Shown piece by piece: positions 33,533 through 44,298 of a DNA stretch of 64,000 nt. Every line of letters starts with the position of its first letter. Position 1 is the first letter of the stretch. The notes below the pieces were generated by a model. That model worked only from the letters and a program-made list of their open reading frames with translations, ran no database searches and was not told the origin of the DNA. The position numbers were made by a program, and so were the translations under genes. Origin of the DNA: a virus; the IMG/VR virus record IMGVR_UViG_3300046453_000081, positions 1-64,000 of that record, one strand, 5' to 3'.

Positions 33533-34071
33533 TTAACATCACCTCTAGTTTTATATCATTTAATCTTGGTTAATTGCACTACAATATCCACCTATACCTA
33601 TTTCTTTAACAATCTTTCCACATGCAGTACAATAGACATGTAGTGGCTCATAACCACCTTCATCATCTTTCGATTTTCCTGCCCATACAAACTTTATTTG
33701 TAAGTTTTCTTCCTGTTCGCAACAGGGAATTTCATACTTCTCCATTCTGACTGAACTCCCAATACAAAATTAAGTAGCAGATACCTTAAATTACCTACTA
33801 CTCTTTTATTTTTTAAAGCTATATATTTTATCAATTTTATTTATTACTAGATAAATCTGCCAATCTGTCCTCAATTTCATCTACTGTTGAATACATTGTT
33901 TCCATCAAATCTTCAATGACGTTTATAGCCCTTTGCTGAGTGTTTAATAGTTTTTTCAGCCTAACTAGGCTTAGTTCAAGTTTTAGTTGTTCAATTTTTT
34001 CAACCGACAAATTCATCTTTAAACCACCTTTGATTAATCTTTTATTATATTTATCACTTAACTAAAGTATA

Positions 34072-35211
34072 TCACTTTGCAAATATGTTTGGTATAGGGA
34101 ATTGTGAACGTTTCTTGAACAGTTGGACAAATTTGTCTTTACCTTGGTCTATAGGCGAATCTTTTTCGTCTAACAAGCCCCATTTATCAATAAGCGCAAA
34201 CACATTTCTATTTGTAATTTTCTCAGCCTGTTCCATGATTGCGGGTGGATAATCGGCTAACAATTCTCCTGTTTCTTCATCTATTGGAATAATCATTTTA
34301 TCTTTGTCATAAGCCAATATAATGCTTACATCAATTCCTAGACTTTTCAATAATGAGATTTGAACTGGTGAAAGGTCATCACCTTCCATACTTACAACGT
34401 TATAGATTCCTATGTCATAGCACTTCATGACCGACTTATAACCCTCGAACACTATTACACTTTTATGTTTTTGGATGTATGGCAACGCTCTGTGTAAATT
34501 GAACAATTCAACCGATTTATTCATTTTTTGCAAATATAGATATTTTTTGCTATCTAATATATCTTTATTTTCACCTACATAGCGTCCCTTGACCCCTATA
34601 AGCTGTCCGTCCTTGTTCCTGACCATTGTTACCACCCTGTCAGTCGCTAGGTCATAACCCACCTCAAATTCCATCTGAGTGTCCCATGTGATACCTTCTT
34701 GAATCCAAGGATAATAAGGGAACATGATATATTGGTTTTTTATTTTTTCATCAATTGGCAGATTAGGTTTTACGTTGTCCCAATTAATCCTATGTCTAGT
34801 TTTTTTAATTTCCTTTAACCACTTGTTTAATTCTTTCCCTTTGTTCTTCATCCCTTCATATCTGCCATCCAAGATGTCGTGATAGCCAAGCACCTCTATA
34901 ACCCATTCTTTTGCTTTGCGTAGGTCGTTTTGGGTTTCATTTGCAGGAATGCCATTGACTATATAGCTGACAAGGGTGAAAATATCGCCTTTAACTCCCC
35001 TAGAACGAATATTAGATATGAGTTTTTCACTCTGTCTAACCTGAATACTTCTAGGATTACCTGACTTGAAAGATGAAGGTAACTGACATACAATCAGTTC
35101 CCCTCTTTGTTCATATGAAATCTTCTCACAACCCATGTAGTCAAGAAGTTCTTCAATTCTATTTTCCTTCAATATGCGTTCTTTGATGATTTTAAGGTCG
35201 TCATTACTCAA
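34072..35211 (-). CDS. DNA primase (TOPRIM; SPbeta YorJ-like)
   Basis: GDIFTLV, LIGVKGR, KYLY, LFNL, VFEGYKSV, LAYDKD, KDSPIDQG. Confidence 0.85.
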   Translation of the reverse strand: MSNDDLKIIKERILKENRIEELLDYMGCEKISYEQRGELIVCQLPSSFKSGNPRSIQVRQSEKLISNIRSRGVKGDIFTLVSYIVNGIPANETQNDLRKAKEWVIEVLGYHDILDGRYEGMKNKGKELNKWLKEIKKTRHRINWDNVKPNLPIDEKIKNQYIMFPYYPWIQEGITWDTQMEFEVGYDLATDRVVTMVRNKDGQLIGVKGRYVGENKDILDSKKYLYLQKMNKSVELFNLHRALPYIQKHKSVIVFEGYKSVMKCYDIGIYNVVSMEGDDLSPVQISLLKSLGIDVSIILAYDKDKMIIPIDEETGELLADYPPAIMEQAEKITNRNVFALIDKWGLLDEKDSPIDQGKDKFVQLFKKRSQFPIPNIFAK

Positions 35212-35227
35212 TTCCTTGACCCCCTAT

Positions 35228-35506
35228 TTATTCTGCAAGCAAAACCTCAAATACATGCCAAACATATGTTTCTTCGTGTGTTTTAACTGTACCAACAAAA
35301 ATATTGCCATAATCAAATGTGTCACTCAATTCCCAACCTGTTCCCACGACATCAAATCTAAATTCATCCAGTTCATTGTCAGGGTCTACTAAACAATATA
35401 AAACTACTTTATTTCTTTGTGAAATAACAGATAAAGTTTCAAACCCTAGCGGAATATTTAAAAAGTTAACATCATTTTTTAAATCATATTTCCAAATTGT
35501 TTTCAT
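35228..35506 (-). CDS. Small conserved phage protein
   Basis: MKTIWKY...VVGTG...FVGTV...VWHVFE. Confidence 0.65.
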   Translation of the reverse strand: MKTIWKYDLKNDVNFLNIPLGFETLSVISQRNKVVLYCLVDPDNELDEFRFDVVGTGWELSDTFDYGNIFVGTVKTHEETYVWHVFEVLLAE

Positions 35507-35519
35507 AAGAATCTCTCCT

Positions 35520-37055
35520 TTAATAATTTCTGTCATTATGTATTGTAGTCCAACCTATTTCATACCAACTATTATTGTTGAAATTAGGCTGTAGTATCAA
35601 TGCATCTAAGCCTGTCTTATTATCTCGCCCTCGTCTATTTTTAGGTGTGAATAACGCATAATATGTCTTACCTGTTTCAAGCGTAAACTCATGTTTTATC
35701 AGTCCGTTTTCATTAGCAAATGGGTTAGATGGGTCGTGTTCCCACTTGTAAACAGTTAACTCATTGCTCCCATCCTTAAATTCATCTGCCCAAATAGCCC
35801 TAATCATGAAGACAACTGACGCTTCATTTTTAATTTTCTTACTGTCCCCAAAAGCAAATTCATCAAGATATCTGCTTCTCAAACTTGTGTCTGCGAGTTG
35901 AACGTTTACCCATAGTCTGAGATTTAGTCCTCCACCATTAGGTCTGCAAAGTTTATATAAGTCCTTGAAATCGTCAGTAAAAACTTCCCATCTCTGTTTG
36001 CCAATTCCACCCTCACTAGGTTTTCCAGTATCTATGAGGACTGATTTATATCCACGATTTGCATAGTGCCTAACTAGCTTTTTTACATCTTCCATTATAT
36101 AATCTTCCATGAACACAAGCTTGATTAGTGAATCTTCCCCACCACATAATTCTTCGACCCACTCAACAGCCTTACTCATTTTATCGAATTCGTCATCGTT
36201 AAATCCACCCTCATTAATTCTCTGTCTGTTGAAGGTGTCTTTAGTTCCAATCCCCATTGCAGTAACAATAAGCATTTTCTTGAATTCGTCAATACCTTGT
36301 TCATTTGCTATGATTAATAATTTTTCTTTTTCAGCTATACAACTCATTATTACTTTATTGAACGACATAGAAGTTTTGCCACTGCCCCCAAAGCCACCCA
36401 TTATGTATAAGTTTCCAAAATCCCATCCAGTAGTGATTTTTGTCATTTGTGGTGATTTATAGAATGGAAGTCCAACAGCAGGATTCATATTCCATCTATT
36501 AATATCGTCCCTTAACCCCTTTAATAAATCATGTTCATCATACTTATTGTCTCCATCCATGCCCAATTGATTTACTTGGTCATTCCAATAGATATGTATT
36601 TGATTTTTATTCATTAACTTATAATTATATTTACCATTTGGTGTTAATACTTTTTCGCCAAATAGTGCTATTAGGCTTTTCAACAAGGCATATTTTTTAA
36701 GTTCATCATAGTATGCGTCTATATTGTCTTCTTTTCCTTGTACTTCATACGTCACTTCTTCTACAGATGCAAATCCACCATACTCTTCATATTTTTCATT
36801 CACACCCAACTCTTTGACATGATTCATTACTGATATGTCATCGAAAATTTTAATCTCCTTTTTAAATAAGCTTCTACCTAACCCAAAATAAAATCCCCAA
36901 GCAGGATTTTGAAATGTTTTTACATTAATCTTATCTTCAGGGTAAAAAGCATAGAGACTAGGATTATTGTAAAATAGTGCTGTAAAATATGCTTCATGAA
37001 TAATAGTTTCTTTCTTTAATCTGTCTGTTACCTTTTTTAATAATTTCTCACTCAA
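35520..37055 (-). CDS. Replicative DnaB-like helicase (SPbeta YorI-like)
   Basis: Walker A GGFGGSGKT, ANEQ, VLIDT, NVQL, KNRRG. Confidence 0.88.
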   Translation of the reverse strand: MSEKLLKKVTDRLKKETIIHEAYFTALFYNNPSLYAFYPEDKINVKTFQNPAWGFYFGLGRSLFKKEIKIFDDISVMNHVKELGVNEKYEEYGGFASVEEVTYEVQGKEDNIDAYYDELKKYALLKSLIALFGEKVLTPNGKYNYKLMNKNQIHIYWNDQVNQLGMDGDNKYDEHDLLKGLRDDINRWNMNPAVGLPFYKSPQMTKITTGWDFGNLYIMGGFGGSGKTSMSFNKVIMSCIAEKEKLLIIANEQGIDEFKKMLIVTAMGIGTKDTFNRQRINEGGFNDDEFDKMSKAVEWVEELCGGEDSLIKLVFMEDYIMEDVKKLVRHYANRGYKSVLIDTGKPSEGGIGKQRWEVFTDDFKDLYKLCRPNGGGLNLRLWVNVQLADTSLRSRYLDEFAFGDSKKIKNEASVVFMIRAIWADEFKDGSNELTVYKWEHDPSNPFANENGLIKHEFTLETGKTYYALFTPKNRRGRDNKTGLDALILQPNFNNNSWYEIGWTTIHNDRNY

Positions 37056-37067
37056 TTAAACCATCCC

Positions 37068-37679
37068 CTACAAGAAGTCTGAAATGTCGTCATCACGTTT
37101 TTTCTTTTTGAATTCAACAGTTGTTTGTTGATGACTGACAATATCATTGCTATGTTGTTCTTTCTCTTCTGCTTTTTTCTTTGCTTGTTGAAAGACTTTC
37201 TTTTCTTCTTTCTTTTTGACTGCATTAATTTTGTCGTTAATGATTGCCCAACCGTATTTTAATTCACCTAGCAAACTATCATTAAAATCCTTATTCTTTT
37301 TCCAGTATTCAATATCTGCTCTACAAAATAAATATGTTTTAGCTATAAGAGTATATGAAAAACCCTCTTTATATTTTTTCTTTTTCTTTTTGCCAATCAA
37401 CACCGTTCCATTTCTTAATTCTTGTATAAATGAATAGAATTTTTGATGGACATCAGGTATTTTATGTACATCTTTAATAACTTCGACTAAGTAATCCAGT
37501 TCTTCGCTCTCCTTGTCTAAGAACTTCTGTTGTTCTATGAATTTCGGATAGCACTCTTTATGATAGCGTTTATTGACTTTGTTTCCACTTTCAGTTATAT
37601 GTTCGTGTAGAATCAATTCATCACGTTCTGTGTCCTTTATGTTACAATACCAACATTTTAATATCATTTTATTTATCAC
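37068..37679 (-). CDS. Zinc-finger replication protein (SPbeta YorH-like)
   Basis: CWYC...YHKEC, C-terminal DDISDFL; directly upstream of the helicase. Confidence 0.65.
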   Translation of the reverse strand: MINKMILKCWYCNIKDTERDELILHEHITESGNKVNKRYHKECYPKFIEQQKFLDKESEELDYLVEVIKDVHKIPDVHQKFYSFIQELRNGTVLIGKKKKKKYKEGFSYTLIAKTYLFCRADIEYWKKNKDFNDSLLGELKYGWAIINDKINAVKKKEEKKVFQQAKKKAEEKEQHSNDIVSHQQTTVEFKKKKRDDDISDFL

Positions 37680-37711
37680 CTGCCAATGGTCAAATTATTG
37701 CTTCTTCTATT

Positions 37712-37740
37712 ATTATAGATTATTATAATCATATTGTCAA
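37712..37740 (-). promoter_or_regulatory. Consensus SigA promoter of the helicase/primase operon
   Basis: TTGACA-17 nt-TATAAT, flanked on both sides by copies of the repeated motif. Confidence 0.8.
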
Positions 37741-37760
37741 TTATATTTAACACTAATAAA

Positions 37761-37784
37761 ATAGGCTAGAGAAATCTAGCCTAT
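37761..37784 (-). terminator. Rho-independent terminator
   Basis: ATAGGCTAGA-gaaa-TCTAGCCTAT, followed by a T-rich tract on the minus strand. Confidence 0.7.
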
Positions 37785-37793
37785 TGGTTTTTA

Positions 37794-40736
37794 TTATAAT
37801 GGTGATAATTTCATACTGCTTATTCCACCCAACATAAACTTAACACTTGATTTAGGTTCAACCTTTTCAACAATTTCAGCAATGTCTTCATGTAGTGCAT
37901 TTTTAACTGCAATTAACTTACCAATAACAGTTTCAAACTTATCATTAGAGTTGCATTTGCTTCGCCCCAAAAGGAGTTTGCCAGTAACAATTTGTACTCC
38001 CGCAAATAAGACTTCTCCACTTTTCTTGTCAATTTTAATTTTTACATCAGAAAATTGTTTTAGCTTAAATGCTAATTCGTTTTCAAGATAATGTAATTCT
38101 TTCTGTCTTTTCTCGTATTGTTCAACCACTTTTAAAGCTTCTTCATAAGAATATTTACTAGGTGTTACTGTTGCCATTATTAATCCACTCCTATATATTA
38201 TTGTATTTTTATTAATCTTCTAAATTGTCCCAATTTGTTACTTTATACTTATTCTGCTTTCTTTCATGCCTTAACTTGACTGTAGGTGTTTTTCTTTCAA
38301 ATGTGTCCAAATCACCAAATGTACCCCTAAATACTGTTGGGTCATTTTTCTTTTTCTTACGCATTCTTTGGGATTCAGTTTCTCTAGCCAATATATACAT
38401 TCCCTTCAGTCGTGTTGTACATTTCATCAAGTTCTATCATTTCACCCATCGCAACCATCGAATCAATTGAATATGTTCTCCATTGACTATTGCTATCTGC
38501 ATCACAGATTTCGATAATTCTATTCTTTAAAAAATTTTCATGGTCGATTGGCTTAATCATTAGTTGACACGCTCCTGTGATGTGAATTTTTCTCTAACTT
38601 CATCTTCTGTCATCGCTGTAAAAATAGATATAATTTTAACATGTTCATCGTTCTGCAATGGAAGAGGGTAATGTTTATTTAACACATCACCTAATTCGTC
38701 CCATAACAAATAATGGGTTTCAGGGGCTTTCCAGTAGAAGTCTTCCTCAATATAGTTAAATGCTACTAAGACTTCTTCATTGTCAATAATATATGGCTTC
38801 ATTTTATTCATTACATCAACAATATTTCTCATTCGAATTTCCCCTATTCGTTTAATTGATTTGGATTTTGCGAAATACTGAAATTACTCTATTGCCTTTA
38901 CCTCCACGAAGCACCATGTCCCCATCACTAAAGTCAATTAGCGCATCTTTAATTCCAGTTGAATTTGTCGTTTCAATATGTTTTTTATACTCTTTCTTAA
39001 CTTTGATAACATCGTTTATAGTCCCTCTTTCATAACAGGTCAGCCAATAATTGTATTTGCTCAAACTGTTTTCAATTATCCAATCAATTTGTTTCATTGG
39101 GCTTTCCCCAACAATTGATTCCAATATGGCTAAATCATGCTTTCTTTTTTGGATTTCTGTATCAATGTCCACATCTTCAGATGTTAGAATTTCTGCATTG
39201 ATATTTTTACGATTTGCTTTTAAAGAGAACAAATATTTCATTTTCTGTAATATTTTTAATAGCCAAGTCATACTCCAACACCATCTTTTTTACTTTTGCA
39301 TCATTGTCATTGATAAATTTATCTAAAAAGAACTGTTTATTAAAAGCAACCTGTAGTCCATCCCTTATTCTGATAGATGGCACTCTATCTTCAAATCCTG
39401 ATGAAATTGGTATTATCATGTTATTATCTATACTCCCTTGTAAACTTGATAACAGCATTTGCTCTTACGTTATAGGGATAATGGTCGCTCTCAACTTCCT
39501 TCTCGCCTAGCAAGTCTTCCTTCTCAACCTCAAATGAAAATAATCCACTACTAGGTACATGGTATTTAGCCATATCTTTTTCATCCCATGCACCAAACGA
39601 ATCTCCATATTCAATTGCAAGTTCTACCCCATCACCACAGGTAAAAAGCTTCATAGTATTTCACTCTGCCTTTCCAAATGTTGCAGATAATTCTTGATAC
39701 AGTTCTTCAATCAATTCAACTGGAACATAACCGTAAACAGTATCTTCATATTCTTCAATTTCTTTTAATCTAGTAAAATTAGGTAAGGCATCACTCACAG
39801 AAATAAATCCCTCTTTATTCATTAAGGCAAATTCCATTGCTGTATATTCATTTATATCTTTAAGTGTTTTTCTAGGAGTGCAATAGTGACCATAACTAGC
39901 TTGGATACTTAACCAAATATTGCCAAATTGAAAACCTATAAACTTTCTATACGTTAAATCTTCATCGAATGGCATAATTTTACCAACAGCTTTACTGTCA
40001 TTTGTTTCTTTTAAGTTCTTAATGAATTCCATTGTTTTTCTCTCCCTTTTTATCTTTCTTGAAGACATCTTTTAAATATAGGGCAACACACTCTAACTCT
40101 CTCTCTGTTTTGCCACTACCAAGTTTAAGACCTTTTTCTATCGCCTTGTTTACATCTCTAATGTCTTTGTTTTTACGGTACATCCATTGACCATTAATCT
40201 TTTCATCTAGCTGTTGTTTATTTTTGATAGAGCTAAACAAAAGGAATCCTGCTAAATCCTCAAGTTCCAAAATCACTGATTTCACCACCTACTTAAATTT
40301 AAATGTTAATTTCTTTTTTAAATGTTTCTAAAAGTTTCTTTTTAAACTCTTCTCTCTCAATTGTGGTAAAAGAATATCCATACTCGTTATAATAGGACAA
40401 ATCTTCAAGTTTCTCAATCATAAAATCAATAATTCCATCTTCGTCTTTTAGGATTTGGCTAACTCTGACCTTTTCTTCTCCCCACCTACTCAACACTTCA
40501 TCTTTTGTCTTAAATCTCAGGTTGCTTAACTCTGTTAATCTATATTTATCGCCACCATATGGTTTTACTCTTGTAAGGATAGGTACATCATTTTCAATAT
40601 CGACACACTTCCATTCCCAATCGAATGGAGTATCTTGATAAAGGAGGTTAAATTCAGTGTAATAAGTTTCGCCAATCTTAAATTCGACTTCCATACTCTT
40701 CACATCCTTATTGATTTGTATGATTATATTTAACAC
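37794..40736 (-). CDS. Array of hypothetical genes (37794-38177, 38212-38430, 38560-38832, 38852-39271, 39207-39458, 39424-39654, 39661-~40032, 40019-40288, 40299-~40694)
   Basis: Co-oriented, often overlapping ORFs; no domains recognised. Confidence 0.6.
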
Positions 40737-40756
40737 TAGGGGACAAAGCCCCTAGT
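40735..40756. terminator. Stem-loop downstream of the acidic repeat gene
   Basis: ACTAGGGG-acaaag-CCCCTAGT. Confidence 0.55.
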
Positions 40757-40762
40757 ATATTT

Positions 40763-41686
40763 TTAAAGAGTCATAAATACCTGTTTGACTTCTGACAACT
40801 CTACAAATGTACAACCATCATGAATAAGTTCAATAAATTGTGCCTTCGCTTCAGTTGGTGTCAATTCTAAAATAACATCTTCCTTGTCTTCATCTTCATC
40901 AACAACAAATGTAAATTTGTATGTTTGTTTTTCTTCTAACACCTCTTGACCTTCTTCTTCGCTAATGTATGGAGAATGTTCAAAAATGCATTCGCAAAGT
41001 TCTTCAAGTTTTTCTAGTTCATCAAGGTCTTCAGTTGTGACAAGCATTTCTTCACAACATGATTCACAGCATCTATCACAGCACTCATCTTCATCTTCAT
41101 CTTCATCTTCATCTTCATCTTCATCTTCAAAATCATCTTCAAAATCATCTTCAAAATCATCTTCATCTTCAAAATCATCTTCAAAATCATCTTCAGACAT
41201 GTTTAGTTTTTCCAACTGAACTTTAGAGAAAATAATCATTTGCTCTGCATTTCTCAAGTAGGCTTCATTAACGGTGTCAGTTTTTAAAATGACTCCTGTT
41301 GTTAAGAATTTGTACACAGTAAAGATTTCTTCAATAAGTTCGTAAACAATTTTTGCCCTCTTATCTACGTCAATAAGGTCAGGCAGATAGCTATATTTCT
41401 TTAATGAGCCTTCAATTTTCTTTAATTCATCATCATATCCATCGAATGAGATTGAGTACCAATATTGGTCACTGCCTACACCATACTGAGTGTATTGTTC
41501 GTCTTCTTCCTCGATAACAACAAGCCAAACAATGTCTTCTCCTGTGGTTGCTACAACATTGTCAATTGCGTTTATACCTGAGTATAAATGATATTGGAAC
41601 ATGAATAATGGGTCTGTAGAATCTGTCCTAGACTCTAATTGATTTTTGTATGCTTCTTCCCATGAGTTAAAAATTGCTTTTTTCAC
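40763..41686 (-). CDS. Highly acidic protein with an ED/EDDF repeat tract and a CCxxCCxxCC cluster
   Basis: 307-aa ORF containing EDDFEDDF...EDEDEDECCDRCCESCCEE. Confidence 0.75.
   Translation of the reverse strand: MKKAIFNSWEEAYKNQLESRTDSTDPLFMFQYHLYSGINAIDNVVATTGEDIVWLVVIEEEDEQYTQYGVGSDQYWYSISFDGYDDELKKIEGSLKKYSYLPDLIDVDKRAKIVYELIEEIFTVYKFLTTGVILKTDTVNEAYLRNAEQMIIFSKVQLEKLNMSEDDFEDDFEDEDDFEDDFEDDFEDEDEDEDEDEDEDECCDRCCESCCEEMLVTTEDLDELEKLEELCECIFEHSPYISEEEGQEVLEEKQTYKFTFVVDEDEDKEDVILELTPTEAKAQFIELIHDGCTFVELSEVKQVFMTL
41085..41195. repeat. Coding tandem repeat: (TCATCT)x7, (TCAAAATCATCT)x3, TCATCT, (TCAAAATCATCT)x2
   Basis: Perfect 6-mer and 12-mer repeats read directly from the sequence. 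Confidence 0.95.
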
Positions 41687-41910
41687 TAATTAAACATCTC
41701 CCTGAATTGTATTGTTATTGCTATTATGTATTACACAGTTGTCTTCATTGAAAGCATTAAATTCATTTTTACTACACCCAATAACTTTTTTACACTTTTT
41801 TCTAAATCTTGTAATTCACTTTTAGTCAGTTCTGTATTTGACCATTTTTCTAAAAGCGTTTTGAATTCTTCATGTTCGTTTCTTTTCATATTCTATCACC
41901 TTGTAATTCT

Positions 41911-41939
41911 ATTATATTTGACACTCGTTAAAATGTCAA
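41911..41939 (-). promoter_or_regulatory. Consensus SigA promoter with an internal TTGACA-N10-TGTCAA palindrome
   Basis: TTGACA-ttttaacgagtgtcaaa(17)-TATAAT. Confidence 0.75.
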
Positions 41940-41954
41940 CTATTTATATTTATT

Positions 41955-42977
41955 TTATTTAGCACTTGTATCGGCTAAAAATAAAAACTCTAGGTTCTCA
42001 AATGTGTCTTGACTTACTGAATTTTTTAGTTTATTGACACTCTTTTCTGTTTCGGCTTGTGTTAGTCTCATATGAAGCTGAACTAACTCCACAACCTCTA
42101 GAATGAAATCGTCATCGTATCCCAAAACGTTAAGTATAGAACAGGCTATTTGTCCGCTTACATTCTCATGTCCATAGTAACTAGCAGTGCGCTTAGGCTC
42201 TCCATTAATGTTGGTGAATGTCTTTGTATGTCCCTTCCCTACATCGTGAAATACAGCCACCCAAAGCATTTTAAGAAAGTCTTTAGCATGAGTTATTTTA
42301 TCTTTATTGTAGTTGTCATAAACATATTTATAAACATGGTAAATATGTCTACTAACACTAAATGTATGGTGAGGATTGTCCTGTGGGAGTTCAAATATGT
42401 TTGAAAAGTCAGAAAACTGACAAAGCCCTCTTGGAAAATTGAACATTTCTTCATATGACCAATCATTTAGCAACCATTTTTCAAAATTATCCTTAGTAGT
42501 AAATGGTGTCATATATTTATCATACTTTATCTCAATATTGTCCCAACCTTCAGAATATGTTGGAATTTGTAGGTTTTTAAACATTTTCAGTATAATGTCC
42601 TTACCAACTGTTCTATTTCTATGCAAATCCCTCATTATACATGCTGAATGTGACGTATTAAAATAAATTATATTTCTATTATATTTAAAGAACTCATTGT
42701 TAAAATGAACTCGCTTCTTTCTGCTGATATTAGTTGCATCAATAATGACATTTTTTCCTGAATTTAATAAAACCTTTGCCTGATTGTACATGTATTGAAA
42801 AATTTCAGTATTCTTATCCTGTCTTGATACATCTCCAAACAAAGTCTCTCTTAAACTATCAGAAGAAAGAATTTCAGCATTTAATACACTGGCATTCTCA
42901 ATAGCCCATGAAGACTTCCCTGACGATGGCATCCCACAAAGCATATATACTGTCGCATTTGACATAATTACCACCAC
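41955..42977 (-). CDS. Polynucleotide kinase (AAA_33) fused to an HD phosphohydrolase domain
   Basis: GMPSSGKS, SSDSLR, IIDATN, R...R; QDNPHH...H, FHDVGK, YYGHENVS, LHM. Confidence 0.85.
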   Translation of the reverse strand: MVVIMSNATVYMLCGMPSSGKSSWAIENASVLNAEILSSDSLRETLFGDVSRQDKNTEIFQYMYNQAKVLLNSGKNVIIDATNISRKKRVHFNNEFFKYNRNIIYFNTSHSACIMRDLHRNRTVGKDIILKMFKNLQIPTYSEGWDNIEIKYDKYMTPFTTKDNFEKWLLNDWSYEEMFNFPRGLCQFSDFSNIFELPQDNPHHTFSVSRHIYHVYKYVYDNYNKDKITHAKDFLKMLWVAVFHDVGKGHTKTFTNINGEPKRTASYYGHENVSGQIACSILNVLGYDDDFILEVVELVQLHMRLTQAETEKSVNKLKNSVSQDTFENLEFLFLADTSAK

Positions 42978-42983
42978 CCCTAA

Positions 42984-43319
42984 CTATCTTCTTTTTCTTG
43001 ACGAACTGTTTCTAAATTTAGACTTAGAAAAACTTGACTTACTTTTAATGAAAGATTTGGGTTTAGATTTATTTTTTCTAATATTGATTGACTTGGATTT
43101 GCTTTTAGAAAATGCTGATTTTTTTCCATGCTTATTCTTTTTTAGGTCAATACCATAACAATCTTCGTCACCTTCGAGTAAATCTTCTTTATCACAATCT
43201 TCTATCTTATGCTGATTAGAATTATTACTTGTAGGAGTATTTACCACTGTCTTTTGCACTCTTCCACATGCGGTTAACAGAAGTAGTAAAATCATTGTTA
43301 ATATTGTAAATTTTTTCAT
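42984..43319 (-). CDS. Putative lipoprotein with a Lys/Ser/Arg-rich C-terminal tail
   Basis: MKK...LLLLTAC lipobox; tail KSKSKS...SSRKRR. Confidence 0.65.
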   Translation of the reverse strand: MKKFTILTMILLLLLTACGRVQKTVVNTPTSNNSNQHKIEDCDKEDLLEGDEDCYGIDLKKNKHGKKSAFSKSKSKSINIRKNKSKPKSFIKSKSSFSKSKFRNSSSRKRR

Positions 43320-43397
43320 AGTTTATAAATCTCCTTTACAATTTCTTCTGAAGACGTACTTTATTTGCTTGTCTGCAAATCAATATTTGGAATAATT

Positions 43398-43736
43398 TCA
43401 CTTGCCATCAAAATCTAACCAATCACTAACCATTTCTTTCTGCCCCAAATCAAGTTTGTTAAAATTTTCAACAAACCATTTCCTCTGTTCTTCAGTAATA
43501 ATTGGTTCAATTATTTTTTCGTCAATATTTATGAATACATATGAACGACTTTCATCCCAAAGGCTACCCATAGGTATGAAAAATTTTTCATACCTAAGCC
43601 TGTCATAAGCGCTATATGGATAGTCATCAATGACTTCTTGTGCAAAAATGCTGTGTTCACCGTAATCACATGGATGAAATATTCCTTCAGGGTCTAACCA
43701 ACCTGTCAATCCTTTAATTTCACTCATGTTAATCAC
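43398..43736 (-). CDS. Conserved phage hypothetical protein
   Basis: GWLDPEGIFHPC..GEH...TEEQ..W. Confidence 0.65.
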   Translation of the reverse strand: MINMSEIKGLTGWLDPEGIFHPCDYGEHSIFAQEVIDDYPYSAYDRLRYEKFFIPMGSLWDESRSYVFINIDEKIIEPIITEEQRKWFVENFNKLDLGQKEMVSDWLDFDGK

Positions 43737-43740
43737 CTTT

Positions 43741-44277
43741 CTACTTTTTCAATTCTTTTTTAAATTCACCATAGCTTCCAAAATTATCTTTAATTTCTTT
43801 CTTCAGTGTAGCAATATCAACACCATACTTATGTAACATGTAAGCTGTTGCGTCACTATCTGTTAAATCACTGAAGTTACAAATTGGGCAAAGTGATTCA
43901 GGAACACTGTATCTAAACTCATAATCGTTCAATAAGTCTCCCCAATCGAAATCATCTTCCTTGGAATCGTCAAGGTAATCTGCTAAATCTTTCTCGTATT
44001 CTTTTACCATGTCAGCATAGTAGTTGTCGCCACGCTTGGCATCATAAGATTCTACATATTCTTTGTATCTTTCAATGTTTGCTTTGACTAGTTCTATAAC
44101 CACTGCTCTTTCATCGTAGCTCTCCATATGGTCTTCGCAAATGGTGTGTCCATTCTCGCATTCAACCATATTTGCTTCACTTAAACACATATCCCAACCA
44201 CTTTCGTCATGACCACAACTATCACAAATAAAACTACTTGAACTACTGTTTGTTACAAATGATTTACGTACTTTCAT
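43741..44277 (-). CDS. FVTNSSSSSF-motif protein D (Cys-rich, probably metal-binding)
   Basis: MKVRKSFVTNSSSSSFICDSC...CENGHTICEDH...CPIC. Confidence 0.85.
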   Translation of the reverse strand: MKVRKSFVTNSSSSSFICDSCGHDESGWDMCLSEANMVECENGHTICEDHMESYDERAVVIELVKANIERYKEYVESYDAKRGDNYYADMVKEYEKDLADYLDDSKEDDFDWGDLLNDYEFRYSVPESLCPICNFSDLTDSDATAYMLHKYGVDIATLKKEIKDNFGSYGEFKKELKK

Positions 44278-44298
44278 TATATCTTACACTCCCCTATA

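Noticed and set aside
6100-37055. Inteins in NrdD, helicase, primase or RecJ
   Set aside because: Lengths are ordinary and no intein terminal or endonuclease motifs were seen.
41085-41195. CRISPR-like or iteron interpretation of the repeats
   Set aside because: No spacers; the repeats are contiguous, in frame and coding. No repeat-spacer array or cas gene was seen anywhere in the window.
40965-41219. Plus-strand poly-Ser ORF
   Set aside because: Antisense shadow of the TCATCT repeat in the acidic gene; unrelated to the FVTNSSSSSF proteins.
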